From positions 4,442,784 to 4,506,783 of the forward strand of contig CM121341.1 of assembly GCA_051530055.1 (NCBI GenBank): a stretch of DNA of 64,000 nucleotides, read 5' to 3'. Each line of letters opens with the position of its first letter. The stretch's first letter is position 1. The notes beneath the pieces are model-generated. The model was not told where the DNA came from. It searched no databases and saw only the letters and a list, made by a program, of their open reading frames with translations. The position numbers and the translations under genes are program-made. Shown piece after piece: positions 16,665 through 31,372 of the stretch. Source of the DNA: Neoechinorhynchus agilis (lineage: Eukaryota; Animalia; Acanthocephala).

Positions 16665-18541
16665 GCTTGTAAATTGATAAAGAAAAAATTTCATACGAGC
16701 TTCGAGAGGATAATGTGCTGGCACTTGGACTGAAATTTCATTTGTTAAAGTATTGGCACAACATCATTTTAAAACGAACGCTCATCAATCACAAACATTG
16801 GATTTCTTGAGCGAAAGATACATTTATAAATTTTTCCTCAAATTTCCATTATTTGTTTGGTAGTTTTCTAGCTGTCCGAGATGTTACACCCGCATTATTT
16901 CGTCCTTTTAAGACATTCGAACGATTACTAAATGAACTAATCGAACACAATATGTTTTCCAATCATATCGAGAAAATCTATCGGGAAAGTAAATTTTGAC
17001 TTGTGGTGAAGAAAAATAAATGATGAGGCAAGGTTTCTTCTCTTTCGAAATATTTCCTAATAATAAAATAATTTCTAATCGGGCGAATATATTCATAACA
17101 CAAGTCAAAAATACGTCTAAATCCAATTAACTTTAAGATTTATTGCTCTGCTTGTAAATTGATAAAGAAAAAATTTCATACGAGCTTCGAGAGGATAATG
17201 TGCTGGCACTTGGACTAAAATTTCATTTGTTAAAGTATTGGCACAACATCATTTTAAAACGAACGCTCATCAATCACAAACATTGGATTTCTTGAGCGAA
17301 AGATACATTTATAAATTTTTCCTCAAATTTCCATTATTTGTTTGGTAGTTTTCTAGCTGTCCGAGATGTTACACCCGCATTATTTCGTCCTTTTAAGACA
17401 TTCGAACGATTACTAAATGAAATAATCGAACACAATATGTTTTCCAATCATATCGAGAAAATCTATCGGGAAGGTAAATTTTGACTTGTGGTGAAGAAAA
17501 ATAAATGATGAGGCAAGGTTTCTTCTCTTTCGAAATATTTCCTAATAATAAAATAATTTCTAATCGGGCGAATATATTCATAACACAAGTCAAAAATACG
17601 TCTAAATCCAATTAACTTTAAGATTTATTGCTCTGCTTGTAAATTGATAAAGAAAAAATTTCATACGAGCTTCGAGAGGATAATGTGCTGGCACTTGGAC
17701 TGAAATTTCATTTGTTAAAGTATTGGCACAACATCATTTTAAAACGAACGCTCATCAATCACAAACATTGGATTTCTTGAGCGAAAGATACATTTATAAA
17801 TTTTTCCTCAAATTTCCATTATTTGTTTGGTAGTTTTCTAGCTGTCCGAGATGTTACACCCGCATTATTTCGTCCTTTTAAGACATTCGAACGATTACTA
17901 AATGAACTAATCGAACACAATATGTTTTCCAATCATATCGAGAAAATCTATCGGGAAAGTAAATTTTGACTTGTGGTGAAGAAAAATAAATGATGAGGCA
18001 AGGTTTCTTCTCTTTCGAAATATTTCCTAATAATAAAATAATTTCTAATCGGGCGAATATATTCATAACACAAGTCAAAAATACGTCTAAATCCAATTAA
18101 CTTTAAGATTTATTGCTCTGCTTGTAAATTGATAAAGAAAAAATTTCATACGAGCTTCGAGAGGATAATGTGCTGGCACTTGGACTGAAATTTCATTTGT
18201 TAAAGTATTGGCACAACATCATTTTAAAACGAACGCTCATCAATCACAAACATTGGATTTCTTGAGCGAAAGATACATTTATAAATTTTTCCTCAAATTT
18301 CCATTATTTGTTTGGTAGTTTTCTAGCTGTCCGAGATGTTACACCCGCATTATTTCGTCCTTTTAAGACATTCGAACGATTACTAAATGAAATAATCGAA
18401 CACAATATGTTTTCCAATCATATCGAGAAAATCTATCGGGAAAGTAAATTTTGACTTGTGGTGAAGAAAAATAAATGATGAGGCAAGGTTTCTTCTCTTT
18501 CGAAATATTTCCTAATAATAAAATAATTTCTAATCGGGCGA
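16665..18541. repeat. Tandem array, 485-bp unit, about 3.9 copies
   Basis: Near-identical ORFs at 16908, 17393 and 17878; each unit contains a ttttgacttgtg...cacaagtcaaaa mini-element. Confidence 0.95.
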
Positions 18542-19055
18542 AGTCAACATTTAAGTTTGCTTGGAGTTTGGCGATTGTTGGTGTTGATCATTTATTTAAA
18601 ATATTTCTTATGCTTTTGCTTACATCTTGTTTTTAAATATCTCTATGACTTAAGTTTGCTTTCTTTTTCTTAGTTGTGCCACCTTCTCGGGCGGTTTAAA
18701 TCTCCACTAATCTATATTTCCCCGATATTTCACCTGTCGGTTAATCTCCAAGGTTTGCCCCCTGGACTCGCCTTCTCAATGGCAATTTTAAACTGGCTCT
18801 ATTACCTTCCATCGGTTGAACTGAGCAGTTTATTACGATGGCTTCCATTATCAAACGATTCCGTAAATATGGCTATACACTTATCACACATTCGCTTAAT
18901 CAATATAAATTTGATTTCCACAATTCACCGCATGATTTGATATGGTTTAGGAAGCATCATAACGCCCACATGCAGCAATTGGCAGTTAAAACTTCAACAA
19001 AAGGAAAATAGTATTGTTCTCGGCTAAAATTTGTTGTAAAGAAATTATTCATTGT

Positions 19056-19218
19056 AGTTTCAATTAGCGATGTTTGATTAAGAATATAGATTTATCTTGA
19101 AAATTTTCGGCCGTTCGTCGTAAACACTTGCAAGCAATTTACTGAAGAAGGCAAACGAAAAGGCCGAAAATTTTCAAGATAAATCTATTTTCTTAATCAA
19201 ACATCGCTAATTGAAACT
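19056..19218. mobile_element. Foldback/MITE-like element with 57-bp near-perfect inverted arms
   Basis: 19056-19112 is the reverse complement of 19162-19218 with one mismatch; no clean TSD. Confidence 0.75.
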
Positions 19219-19986
19219 GAAGCTAAAATTTGAATCTCTCTGCCTACTGTCCATTGTAAATTTGGAGAAAACGCAACTTAATATGAAGATTTTTTGGTTC
19301 TTTGAGTCTAAACAACAAAAAATTCGTTTATAATTGACGATGAATATGGATTAGGGAAGGTAGCTATAATTTTTACGTCATTAATTACTAAATGTAAGAA
19401 GATTATTCCGATCATTTTTACTGTTGATAATTGAGCTTGAGCGATCGGCGTTAAACACGTCAGAGATCTAATGATTTTTGTAGCAACGTCGAATTTACTA
19501 GTTGAATTCTAATTGGCTGCTTAGTCTCAAATAAAGCTAAAGTAATTTCAGTAATTCTTAAGATTTTTTAAATCGCATTTTTCGTGTGAGAACAATACAT
19601 TGTTTACTTGAAAACTATTTAACTGACATTTCAAATCACGGTGATTACTGAAATTTTAAATTATTTATACTGCATCATCATTCGCAATTTTGAGGCCGTT
19701 TTAAATATTATTCGTAGGAATGAAAGGGCTTATGCAACAGAACGCTTATCAAAAATAATTGCGAAAACTCAAACATATGCAATTTCTTTCAAAATGATTG
19801 AGATCCGATTTGATCTTATATGTATTTAATTATCTCTTGCTGCGTCCACTGTTTAGCTGGGAAATCTCAACAAAGATTCTGTTTAAAAAACAACCAAAGT
19901 TCATTTTTAAAACATCGACCCACAAAATCGATGGGTCTTTCAAACGTATACAACATACATCAAATCATCTTCGAAACGTCTCAGAA

Positions 19987-22719
19987 TCATTTTTTGAGGT
20001 TGTACGATGCTATTAAAGGCATGAGAGTCAACTCGAAAAAGCTACGAATCCTCGTCAATTCATCGACTGTCATTGTCAAGCGATTATCGAGTTTATACAT
20101 TATTGCAAAAGCTAACGCCACAACCACACCGCTGCCTTCCTCGGGACGCAAATCAATTAGTTTTGAGAGAAAACTTTTAATTGTAGGTACCATTGAATTA
20201 ATATATTGGGAAATATCTTTAATTTGGGTAGAATCTAATTGGAGAATTTAGAAAATTAAATTTTTAGAGCAAGCTTAACCTGGAATCGGGTTATGCACAT
20301 TTTCTGGAGTAGTACAGCTTCCTCTTTGTAGTAGTAACCATCCTTCACGTGCTCGCTTCAGTATTAACAAGGACAATGTTCGTCGACGTTTAAAATGAGA
20401 GAGTTGACAAGCGGAATCTGATTCGGTTCGCATTTCAGAAAGACGCCGATTTTCGCGATTACTTGTGAACCGGTTTTCTTGGGAAAATCTCGACCTCCAG
20501 GATTCCTGTTTTAGAATTAGCGGTGCATTAACTTCGTGTTCCCAAATTTGTTGATAACTGATCGGTTTAGAATTGCTTTCTGTGGTCTGGTTGGATTTAT
20601 TTGATTTTTCCGGATACTGTTGACAAGACTGATTAGTTTGTTTAGCTTCTGATCTAGTCCATTCGAAGCGGTTTTGCGTCAATGATGGCAAAATTGAAGA
20701 ACGTGTCCTTTGTAAACGTTTATAACCTCCAATGTTCCGTACTCTTGATTGTAGTTGAGAATATCGTTGTTGGTGGTGGTGGTGGTGATTGTCGTAGGTC
20801 ACGGGCCAAGCAATCTTTTGTCGGAAATCGGGTACTCGTTGTGGCAATCCCGTAAATGTAGAATTCGGTGGACGGTTTATATTTGGTTTAAAGGGAGCAT
20901 TAACAGAAAAAGGGATCGACTGATATCGTCGATACCTCGGGAAATTTGTATTTGCAAACGAACGTCCTTGATAAGATCTCGGTCCCGAAGAAGGATAATT
21001 CGAGCCTGTCGCATTTGAGCGATACGATCTAGACAAATTCATGGGCGAACGAGATCTATATACTTGTTTATAGCGATTGTCAACGGGCCGAAAGTTATAA
21101 TTCTGTGAATGTCCATTTGTTAGCGGTAAATGTCGATTGTATGAACTGTGCGATTTATCCCACAATTTAGTAAAAGAACAATGTTGACGACCGTAGTAAT
21201 AGTGCTCCGACTGTGAGACTTCATCTTGAAATATTTTTCGTCTTAGTATCGAAAAGTCTCGTGCACATGAATTTAACTTTTTTGTCGAAGATAATGGACC
21301 TGATTTGTTCATAGTTTCATTGTTAGATCGATTTCTATAAGGAAATGAGCGACAAGTATCCGGTGAAGTCCTATTTTCTTGACTGATCCTTCCTTTTTCT
21401 GAACCCAATTCTGTTGGGGAACGAGTAGACGTACTCTCAATCGACATAGAAGTTTGTGAATATGGTTCTCGAGCGCCGAAATCAAACTTTAGACCATCCT
21501 GGGTATACTCCCCGTTGACGTTCAATATGTGCTCCTTCTCGTGTCGAATGTTCAATTGTCTAGAAGTATATTCGATTTTCTTTGGCGCCGACATTCCCGA
21601 AGCTTTGCGAAAGTTGCTTTTATTTTTGTTTCGAAGATCGGACCAACGATCGAGGTTACATCTTGGAGGTTGTACCTGTGACTCTGATGGCTTAGTCTGG
21701 TTCATCGATACAACATCTCTATCGGTAACTAAGAGGCCGGTTGGTTGATCCTCTTTGGCTGGCGACTCTTTCTCTTGATGAAGTGATTTCCATTCAGGAA
21801 GAGAATACTCAACTGCGGTGAAAAATGGTATATTCAATTCTAACAAATTGTATTGTTCAATGATGCAGGATAGTTTTGTATTATCTTTAAGACGCTGTAA
21901 GTTTTCATGTTTCATTTTGTCGGTTATCGCATCTTTATCTTGATGTAATGCGGATTCTTTGTTGAACGAATCGAACAAATCCATCCGTGGTGGAGAAAAG
22001 TCCGAGTTAGTATGTAGCCGGTGAGGTTCGTATTTTCTAGGATTCAGATTTTGACGCGCATTTTGCTTATTTCCCAGATATTTCCGAAATAACGATCCGG
22101 GTAAAGATTCCGACCGCTTGCGAGGTATGGAAGTCGGTCTACTAACGAGCCCGGCGTATAGTTGAAGTCCAGGAATCTCTTTTGCACAATCGATGCTTGG
22201 ATTTTCATCAGAGACTTTATCTGGATCAGGTGCTAAAGATGAATATAAAAAATATAGCTGCGAAAATATTTAATACTTACAAGAAGGTTTTACTGCCCGT
22301 AAAATGCGTTTAGCCTCTTCACAAATCATTTCATTAAATTTTTCGATATTCTCAGAGGTCGGTGATAATGTGAAGGTGTTAGTTACTTCAGAAAGGATTT
22401 TCTGGGACTTCTGTGAGTCATGTATCTTCGTCGTACTAGTTCGATTTGTACATTGGAGTAAAATATCGCAAAATGCTGTAATTGCAATTTGGTATTCATT
22501 GTAAGTTGCACAGGAATGATAAATAGTCATTTCTATATCCAGCGCTTTTCTGGCACAATGGGTATCATACTGTTTCATTAATGATTGTCTATTTGCTCGA
22601 ATTGAATGAGATATCATTTGAATGGGTCGAACTTACAAAAAAGATAGAATTCTCATACGGCAACCTAATATCCACTGATTTATATGATCCGTTGATTTTA
22701 CTTGCTCGTTTGGAATCAT
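19987..22719 (-). CDS. MED15-like protein A (KIX domain, long low-complexity region, C-terminus truncated or degenerate)
   Basis: Spliced KIX CRMRILSFLQSLMKQ...ALDIEMTIYHSCATYNEY; three canonical introns; SMVPTIKSFL and FFELTLMPLIASY match paralog B. Confidence 0.65.
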
Positions 22720-23224
22720 CTTTAAATACGAGTGAAACTGTTTTTATGACAAAATGAACTAATTTATCGAATCCAATGTTTCGGAGGCACAATCTTGGGG
22801 CACAAGATTATGTCTCCGAAACATCGGATCCAATAAATTACTTCATTTTGTTGTAGCCACATAAAAACATGAACAATTCTTAAAGATACCCGAGTTCAAT
22901 AGTTAGTTTGTGATCAACCTTAACAGCAGCGATGAATTTAGTGCAATTTTACGTTCATAAGTACGCATTTCGGGTGCGTTAAAGTGAATTGTAAATTAAA
23001 GTTAGTTTCGAACCGTTGCGATTATCAAAAGACATTCGTTGGCGTCCCGAGGAATGAGTGTCCTTTGTCGACTATTATTTCCAGGAACTGTACAATTATT
23101 AATCCCATTTCTCACACTTTCCCGGATGCAAAGTAACACCTAAAATCCTTTATCTCAAGGATTTCTTTAAAAAGTTTAATTTTGTAAACTCGAGACATCA
23201 TGTTTTTTTCCGACATGAAATCAT

Positions 23225-24500
23225 TCACACCACCGCTCTGGATCACTCAACTGCTGTTCTGGTGTAACGGTCGAAAGGACGGATGCAGCGTTCCTTCCCG
23301 TTGCACAGCCAGGCTTTTGTTTTGGAAGAAGAATGCTCCTGCACTCGGATCGCCAATGATTCGTCCATGTTTCTTGGACAATCTGCTGACCAGGTACTGT
23401 GCCGCGGTACCAAACGACCCGAGTTTCTCGATGCCAAAAAGAACGAAATAATCATTTTCACCCGAGTTCCTGTATTTGGTCTTTTTGCGTCCTCAGCGGC
23501 GGTTGCTGCTCTTCCTGGTTTAATAATCTAGGCATTTGCCTCCCCTCGCCACGGGAATACTGTGACACCGTCCGGTATACAGCCATCGAGTCGGCAAAGA
23601 TTGCTGGGCTCTCGGATGTTTGGCGCATTCACAGTATTCAGGGCACGGCTCGGAATTGCGTTCATTTCGGCACGTCGTGAGTATTTTCCGCCTGATTCCC
23701 GATAGACGAGAGCATTTCGTCCCGATGGTTCCACGGTCGCTCCGCTACTTCAGCGATGAGATGTGCCCATCTGTACCTCAAGTCTTAGGGACATTGCAAT
23801 CCTTATTGTCTCGCCTGAGAGAAGGATACCCACAGAAGCGATTGGGAGAGCGTTGAGCCAAACCCCCGATTCTCTTGTATAGACTGCCGCCAGTGGAGTT
23901 TGGTTCATTAGGTTACGAGAATCTGAAATTAAAGAGTTATGAATTCTCGCTACCAGGGGTAAGTCCTAAACTGATTGTTTGCAACCATTGACGGGTACTT
24001 GCTCGCTGCCTAAGAGCCTCTACGAAATCTTCATCCAAGGTGGAATTCTCACCAAGAACGGATTTAACTACTTTGCAGCCTGCTTCATACGATTCAACGC
24101 CTCTTTCTGACCATAAAACGTGGTTATTGAACAACAAGGGAGTTGGAGTCCCATAAATATTAACGAAACAGCGAAATGCTTCTGGTGCGTGATCTCTAAA
24201 AACTTCGAGCAAATCTGCTCCGTGAACCGCTCCTTGCCGTATTTTTAGCATTTTAATGGGTGGCTCAGCCGGTAAAAATATATATAAAAGGACTAACGGC
24301 TGAGCCACATATAAAATTTCTAAAAAAAATCGGAAAGCTTATCCAGGCTAAAGTGGCGAAGTTTGTGCATTCTGTAGTTGTGCTGAGGGAGTCAAGTGGA
24401 CTAATGCTCCAGATCCCACACAACCAAAAAGAGGACGAAATACTGCTGAAGGGAAGGAACTCACCGATGAATCCCGCCTCCCCGGGATGTATCTGAGAAT
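23225..24500 (-). mobile_element. Degenerate CRE-type non-LTR retrotransposon
   Basis: REPSNLCRLDGCIPDGVTVFPW, QRGNAASVL C-terminal motif and RT remnants; frameshifted. Confidence 0.8.
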
Positions 24501-24556
24501 CCGGAGGGATTCTTACAAACTTATAACCGTACGGTCTTGGGGCATTGAGCGCAGAC

Positions 24557-24625
24557 CAGCGCTTCCCAGACCGAAATCGATGGACTGCGGGTGTCCATTG
24601 GGCCGTGTGTTAAAAAAATAAAAAT
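24557..24625 (+). mobile_element. Solo hAT-like terminal sequence
   Basis: cagcgcttcccagaccgaaatcg..., similar copy at 35152; no matching opposite end found. Confidence 0.45.
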
Positions 24626-25039
24626 ATCTATCCTTACCGTATGTTTTTGAGAGTCTAAGTGATTCAATCACTTCTCTGATGTAAGAGATCAATGTGGCTT
24701 CATGCCAAGAGGAAGGGATGTCCTAAATCTGAAGCAAAATGGTATTTTTTAATTTAGAACATATTTAACGCATTGGATGGTCGTTCTGCCTAAACCCAAC
24801 GAGCAATCAGAAATATTTCCAAACTTTTAATTAGCATTCTCATTTCATTCAGATAGTAAGAAAATCTACACAATGTTTTAAATAATGTCAACGCATTTTC
24901 CCATTCTACATAGTTGAATCGCACTTTTCTAATTTGAAATTCAGAGTTGACATTCAGGGGTCACCCACAAATCGTTTTCGAAGTTTTACTCCTTCAGTCG
25001 TCATTGACCGTATTTCTAAATTGAAATTTCAATCACTGA

Positions 25040-26290
25040 AAAACACATCCAATCTTCAAAGTTAGAGTTAGAACAGAGTTCAGCGATGAATGAAACTTCT
25101 CAGACTATGAATTTAAAAATTCGGTAGCAAACTTATTCGACTGCAATCCTGGAAACTTCTTCATTGGCCTTTTTTTGTAAATTGAAATTTCAATCAGCTT
25201 TGATTGCTTCGCATCAGAATACGGGCAATAATCCATGATGACCTCTTCTTTTATTCTGTTCCAAACGCCATTATTTTTGTTAAAGATTAAGCCGAATTCC
25301 CCCCCCAGGAAATGATCGATTATCGTTCGTTTAAGCGCATTGAAGCGACTTTGAGTTCACCGACTTTGTCGAGTTTTCCATAGAAGCTGGCGGACTGCTA
25401 ATTTCAAGGAGACGGGAGGTGACTTTGCAAGAGAAAACCGTCATACGCTTAAATGTTGTTTGGTTCCTTCTTTTCGATTGTCGTCGGACCAACATTTTCG
25501 GAGCTTTATTCTTTTTTTGCAGAGTCCTGAAAAACACATTCAATCTTCAAAAGTAGAGTTGGAACGGAGTTCAGCGATGAATGATACTTCTCAGACTATG
25601 AATTTAAAAATTCGGTAGCAAATTTATTCGACTGCAGTCCTGGAAACTTCTTCATTGACCTTTTTTGTAAATTGAAATTCCAATCAGCTTTGATTGCTTC
25701 GCATCAGAATACGGGCAATAATCCATGATGACCTCTCGTTTTATTCTGGTCCAAACGCCATTATTTTTGTTAAAGATTAAGCCGAATTTCCCCTCGGAAA
25801 TGATCGATTATCGTTCGTTTAAGCGCATTGAAGCGACTTTGAGTTCACCGACTTTGTCGAGTTTTCCATAGAAGCTGGCGGACTGCTAATTTCGAGGAGA
25901 CGGGAGGTGACTTTGCAAGAGAAAACCCACATAAGCTTAAATGTTTTTTGGTTTCTTCTTTTCGATTGTCGTCGGACCAACATTTTCGGAGCTTTATTCT
26001 TTTTTTGCAGAGTCCTGAAAAACACACCCAATCTTCAAAGTTAGAGTTAGAACAGAGTTCAGCGAGAAAGGGCACTTCTCAGACTATGAATTTAAAAATT
26101 CGGTAGCAAACTTATTCGACTGCAATCCTGGAAACTTCTTCATTGACCTTTTTTTGTAAATTGAAATTTCAATCAGCTTTGATTGCTTCGCATCAGAATA
26201 CGGGCAATAATCCTTGACGACCTCTCGTTATATTCTGGTCCAAACGCCATTATTTTTGATAAAGATTTCCTTCGATTGTCGCTGGACCGG
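25040..26290. repeat. Tandem array, 488-bp unit, about 2.5 copies (same family as 41552-43256)
   Basis: Near-identical ORFs at 25331 and 25819; sequence shared with the 41.5-43.2 kb array. Confidence 0.95.
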
Positions 26291-26474
26291 CATTTTCGGA
26301 GTATTGAAAAACAAGATCAATTCGGATTTTTGGTTAAGCACAGTAACGCGTCTTACGTTGGTTGTCGTCGTCTCGTGCCTACGCGAGATGGTTTAAATGC
26401 TTCGATCGCCAGTGACCTGGAAGAATCATCAAGAATGATGGCTATGTGTAAATGATGTTTTGCGTAACGGACGA

Positions 26475-27458
26475 ATGGATGGGAACGATTTTGAATCATT
26501 TGACGACGATCCATATCGGATGGACTCATCGTATTTTCTGGACGATCTTGATGAAAGTACGGAAGGTGGTGAGCAGATTCGGGGTGAGAAGAGTCTTGGT
26601 AAGCTGACTATAAAGTTTATGGATATGCTCCGAGCTTCCCCTAGTGGAATTCTGGATCTTCGTGAAGTAGCGGATACATTAGCCCCTCGCCAGAAGCGGA
26701 GAATTTACGACATTACTAACGTTCTCGAAGGAACTGGTTTAATTGAGAAGCGATCGAAAAATAGCATCCAGTGGCGGGGAATGGCATGCGGCGGTTCAAC
26801 GGTCGATACTTACAACAAATTGTCGGAACTGAAGAAGCAAGTGAAATTGGCTCAAGAGACTGAGAAGTCGTTGGACGAGCAGATTGAAGCCTTGGATAAT
26901 TTCCAGCGTTACATTGAAGAAAATGATCGGATGTTGTTCTGTAGTCATCAGGAAATAAAAGATGCGTGTCCTGAAGGTCTTATTATACCACTTCCTGAAT
27001 GTGAAATCAAAGTTTTACTTGCTAAGGAACCTCCATCTAACGACGAAGGACAAGAAACGAAACCTCCTCGTACAATGTACATCTACGATATTTCGCTCAA
27101 ATCGACTCGTGGTCCTCTACAGGCGATCTCACGCAGTAGTGATAAAATCGCGTATAAATATAAAAGCGACGATTCCTTTGAAGAACCCAATTTCGTTAAT
27201 TTAATCGGAAGAGATAGCGATTGGTTGATCGGGACGAGTGGTGGTGATGATGATAATCATCATCATGGAGTCACTGTTCTGCCCATTTCTGTTTCATTTC
27301 CTGGAAATCGACATGAACTCAAATCATTTCTTGGAACTGAAAGTATGTCCGAAGAAATGGACGTTGCTGCCCATGAAGAAGTAGTTACAGTAAAAGAGGA
27401 AGCTGCAGTTGATCAACTGCCGGATCCGAATTTTGATTGGGACTTTGACGAAGCGTAA
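26475..27458 (+). CDS. E2F: E2F transcription factor (E2F4/5-like), intronless
   Basis: [42 protein letters not shown]-binding domain; coiled-coil and marked-box region. Confidence 0.93.
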   Translation: MDGNDFESFDDDPYRMDSSYFLDDLDESTEGGEQIRGEKSLGKLTIKFMDMLRASPSGILDLREVADTLAPRQKRRIYDITNVLEGTGLIEKRSKNSIQWRGMACGGSTVDTYNKLSELKKQVKLAQETEKSLDEQIEALDNFQRYIEENDRMLFCSHQEIKDACPEGLIIPLPECEIKVLLAKEPPSNDEGQETKPPRTMYIYDISLKSTRGPLQAISRSSDKIAYKYKSDDSFEEPNFVNLIGRDSDWLIGTSGGDDDNHHHGVTVLPISVSFPGNRHELKSFLGTESMSEEMDVAAHEEVVTVKEEAAVDQLPDPNFDWDFDEA

Positions 27459-28149
27459 ACCAAGGTTAACTCACATCGGATCATGTTTTTTCTTCATAAA
27501 TTGTATTTGGCTCATCGTCATTCATCTCCCTAAATACTTCTCAGTTAATTATTTTCCAATTTTTTAGTTTACTTTCTTGGATCTAAAATTGACTAATTCA
27601 TTTCCCCGCTATTTCACGTTGGATAATTCCGTCGCAAATTTTTACGACGTATTTGTCAATCTAAATCCGGTTCAGGAGTATTTTAATTGGAGTCTAAAAT
27701 CGTAAAATCTCTAAGTGACTCAATTGGTTATTGATTTTTAAAAATTTATAAAGCTAAGATCACGATTCCGGCCTAAATTTCCTGTAGTTTCTCGAGAATG
27801 CAAAATCGTACTTTTTAATAATTTTGTTACTCTAAAAACACAACAATATAGAACGCTGATCGATTAAATTTTAGATGCGAATATGACCTTCATCGAATTC
27901 GCATATTTTTGAACGAACTTTAGAAAAACTGTGTTACGCCGCATTCTCATTTGCGATTATCTTAGTTACTAATTCCGATTAAATCAAAATATTCGACTTG
28001 TTTGCCTTTCTGTTCCGCGCATTCAGGCTTGATAAAAAACTATTTGTAATATTAGTCGACTGTTTCGAAGACATTTAAAAAAATCTAATTCTTCTCACTC
28101 ACGCATTTTTCTCTCATGAGAGGTTGCGATTCCCTCGACAAGCAATTTA

Positions 28150-28800
28150 TCCTATTTGATACAATCTACCCATCGTTTCCTCGTCGGTGATTTCCCTTTC
28201 TGCGCAGTATGCGATCTGCTTCGCACTTCGAAACTTTATTGTGCCAGCGCAACCTTCTTTGGACGATCAACTCTGAACAGCGGCAAGTGCCGAACAGCTC
28301 CGTCCTCATCTCGTTCGTTTCTAATCTTCTGAGGTCGTTTTGCTAGGTCGTCCAAGCTTCTACGCCATATAAAATGGCTGGTCGAACCACGATCTCGAAC
28401 ACCAGAGTTTCGGTGAGATTCTTTTGCCGCATAGTACAATAGACATCTTCCTCCAATTGAGCCACCCGCTTTGTATACGAGCAGTTATTTCGGGTTCGAG
28501 GGAATTTGTCACATTTTCTTCGCTTCCTAGATATTTCACTGTTCTTCTCATCGTCAAATCCACACCTTCTAACTTGCTTCCGGTCCCATGCATTTTACCT
28601 TAAGACCGTTGGTTTCCAATGCCTCACGCCGCCCTTCAGGACTTCGCTGAGCAAGTGTTTCAGTTCATCAGCGACCAATAGTGTTCATGGAGGCTTTCGG
28701 ACGATTTGCTTAGAACCCAAGACATCCATGATAGTGACGAATAGGAACGGACTGAGGGCTGATCCCTGATGCAATCCAACTGTAACCTCAAAATAGTTTG
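28150..28800 (-). mobile_element. Degenerate RTE-clade non-LTR fragment
   Basis: GLHQGSALSPFLFVTIMDVL and ITARIQSGWLNWRKMSIVLC motifs, with stops and frameshifts. Confidence 0.85.
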
Positions 28801-28977
28801 TCGCTCCAACACTGCATCTGACACAAGTACAGGATCCTTAATTGAAAAACACAAACCTGCTTGGTGTTAGAAAGCACTTTCTCGAAATTCTTGCACTCGT
28901 TTGAAGCTTTATTTATATATTTAGTGAAATCGTATTTATTGGCATGATGTGAAGAAACGCTTCGTTGCGTTTACTAA

Positions 28978-29290
28978 GAGCAATAAATCTTAAAGCTAAT
29001 TGGATTCGGACGTATTTTTGACTTGGTGATTATATTCGCCCGATTAGAAAACATTTTATTCTTCTGAAATATTTCAAAAGAGAAGAAACCTCGCCTTATC
29101 AATCATTACTCTTGTCGAGTTTTTAAATATTTTAGTTCGACTATTCAAAAATTTACAAGCAATGATTGATAAGGCGAAATTTCTTCTCTTTCGAAATATT
29201 TCAGAAGAATAAAATGTTTTCTAATCGGGTGAATATATTCACCACAAGTCAAAATTTACCATCCCCAATGGATTTTCTCTCGATATGACT
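28978..29290. mobile_element. MITE-like element with about 95-bp inverted arms, homologous to part of the 485-bp satellite unit
   Basis: ttttgacttgg...ccttatcaatcatt pairs with aatgattgataagg...cacaagtcaaaa; flanks also match the 485-bp unit in reverse. Confidence 0.8.
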
Positions 29291-29299
29291 TGGACGTAG

Positions 29300-29520
29300 A
29301 ATTGCACTGATTCATAATTTCCTCGCGTTCTTTTAATAGATTCAACATCGCGATGATAAGTGCTATTTAGAACTCTTCACCCGATAAAGAACCTTTTTAT
29401 TCAAGACATTTCGAACCTCGTCGGATTCATCATCAGTTCTTGGATATCATAACTCGAAATGAACCTGAGGAAAGATCCAACATCACAAACTCTCCTCGAA
29501 GCGAATAATCGCCAATTTTA
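29300..29520 (+). mobile_element. 3' fragment of the CR1/L2-like family seen at 46255-47480
   Basis: ggatatcataactcgaaatgaacctgag... matches 50463-50530 and the reverse strand near 46300. Confidence 0.6.
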
Positions 29521-30854
29521 ATAAGCCGACCGGATTAATCAACCCGAAGGTGCATGGATCCGATTCTTTGCTCCTTCAAAAAATTTGTTATTATTAAAAG
29601 ACGCTTAACAAACTAATAATGTAGCTAACAAGATTCGAAACGTTTTTTGGAATAAAAAACGCCTTACCGGGTAAAGACCTCTAAATAATACTTCCAATAG
29701 ACAATGGAATAATGTACCGCGACTATAAAAAAAGGAATAATTCCACAGAGTTGTATTGTGTGAATTAACGAAAAATCAAGGAGGTGTGATGAGGTTCGGC
29801 ATGGAAATATAACAATGATTGGCACTTCAGGTTTGAAATTCTTCTAATTTCGACTTCTGTACATCAGTGCGCGTCGTGGCGATTTGCTAAAAAGAACCGA
29901 ACGATTAAATAAAGCTCAACGAAATTGTGGAAGAAGTCAAGATCACCTCCCATTTAAACAAACAACATAAATACAAGACGAGTGCAATACACATAAACAA
30001 TGGGAGAAATCCTTTTAAATATTATATAAAGACGGTGATAGCATAAGATTAAATAAAGTACAACGAAATGTATAGTAGTCTCCAAACATACAGCTTAATT
30101 GGATGACGAATTCATCTTTCTTGTAATCACGAAAATGTTCTCCAGAATTAGTATGAGAAATTTAGATGGAAAACACGAAAAATGCAGATTCTCAAATACA
30201 TTAATTTCTTAATTAGCTCGCTGAAGATATATTTTCCCTCCTCCTTAGTTATTTTGCCAAGTATTATTCTTGAATTGCAATATAACTGAGGAGGAGGGAA
30301 AATATATCTTCAACAATCTTGTTAAGAAATTAAAGTTATTAACAAAAATCACCCTTGACATCCCATTTTTACAGGCTTGTCTCATCAGGGAACTTTTACT
30401 AAAGTTCGTAAACTTCAAACTAAATGACTTTGAAGCTAAAGAGGATGTATATCGATGAAGACCTTCAAAAAAGCCGAGAGGGAACTCTGCAAGAAAAAAA
30501 GGAAGACGAATTTGATTAAAATCCGAAATATTGGCACCGACATAAAAGACTTCGCTTTTATGTAAATTCTATTCAAAAATAGTACTTGAAAAAATAACTG
30601 AGGAGGAGGGAAAATACAGATTCTCAAATACAATTAAAACGTCGGATTTATCGGGGTATATGATAAACCGTATTGTTTTAATAGATAAACAAACTATGAT
30701 GAATACGACGAGGTTCGAGACGTTTTTAATAAAAAAATTATTTACCTTGTAAAGACTTCTAAACAATAAGTCTAACAATTAAAACGTTAAAGTTACTAAC
30801 TTACCCACAAGTTAATCAGACAAAAAATCGACGGATTTATTTTCTATAGTTAAG

Positions 30855-31372
30855 CTAAAAATGGATTTGATCAATTATCTCTGTCCCTTGTTCTTAAACA
30901 TTTCCACCATAAATACAAAATACTCCGTCCAGCTAACCTATAACGCCGAAAAGTTTTAATACTATTAAATCAAATCTGCACTTACGGCTCCATCTCTATT
31001 AGTGTCCATTTTGTTGATTTGATTTTGGACGGTTACCGGATCTGCAGAAATACCGTTGGACAGCAAAGCGTTATACATTTCATCTTTTACAACATATCCC
31101 GACTTGTCTAAATCGAATGCCATAAACGTCGATGCAATATTAACCATTTCCATTGGTGTAAGAAATGGGTAGATGTCCAACTTTAAATCTGGGTAAGTAA
31201 GTGTCACAGTGTGATCACTGCCTCCAAATTGGGGTTGCTTGTAGCCTCCCACTGCTGGTGGTGGTTGCGGTGAAGGTTGAGCATTGTAACCGCCTGGTGC
31301 CTGTGTTGGAGTTCCGTATCCTCCTGGTGGCGGATTGACACCAAATCCTGCCGGTTGTTGACCGAGCGACAT
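30855..31372 (-). CDS. G/P/Q-rich N-terminus plus two EF-hands
   Basis: DLDKSGYVVKDE and DTNRDGAVSWTE after a canonical intron (gcc|gtaagt...ttatag|gtt). Confidence 0.85.
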
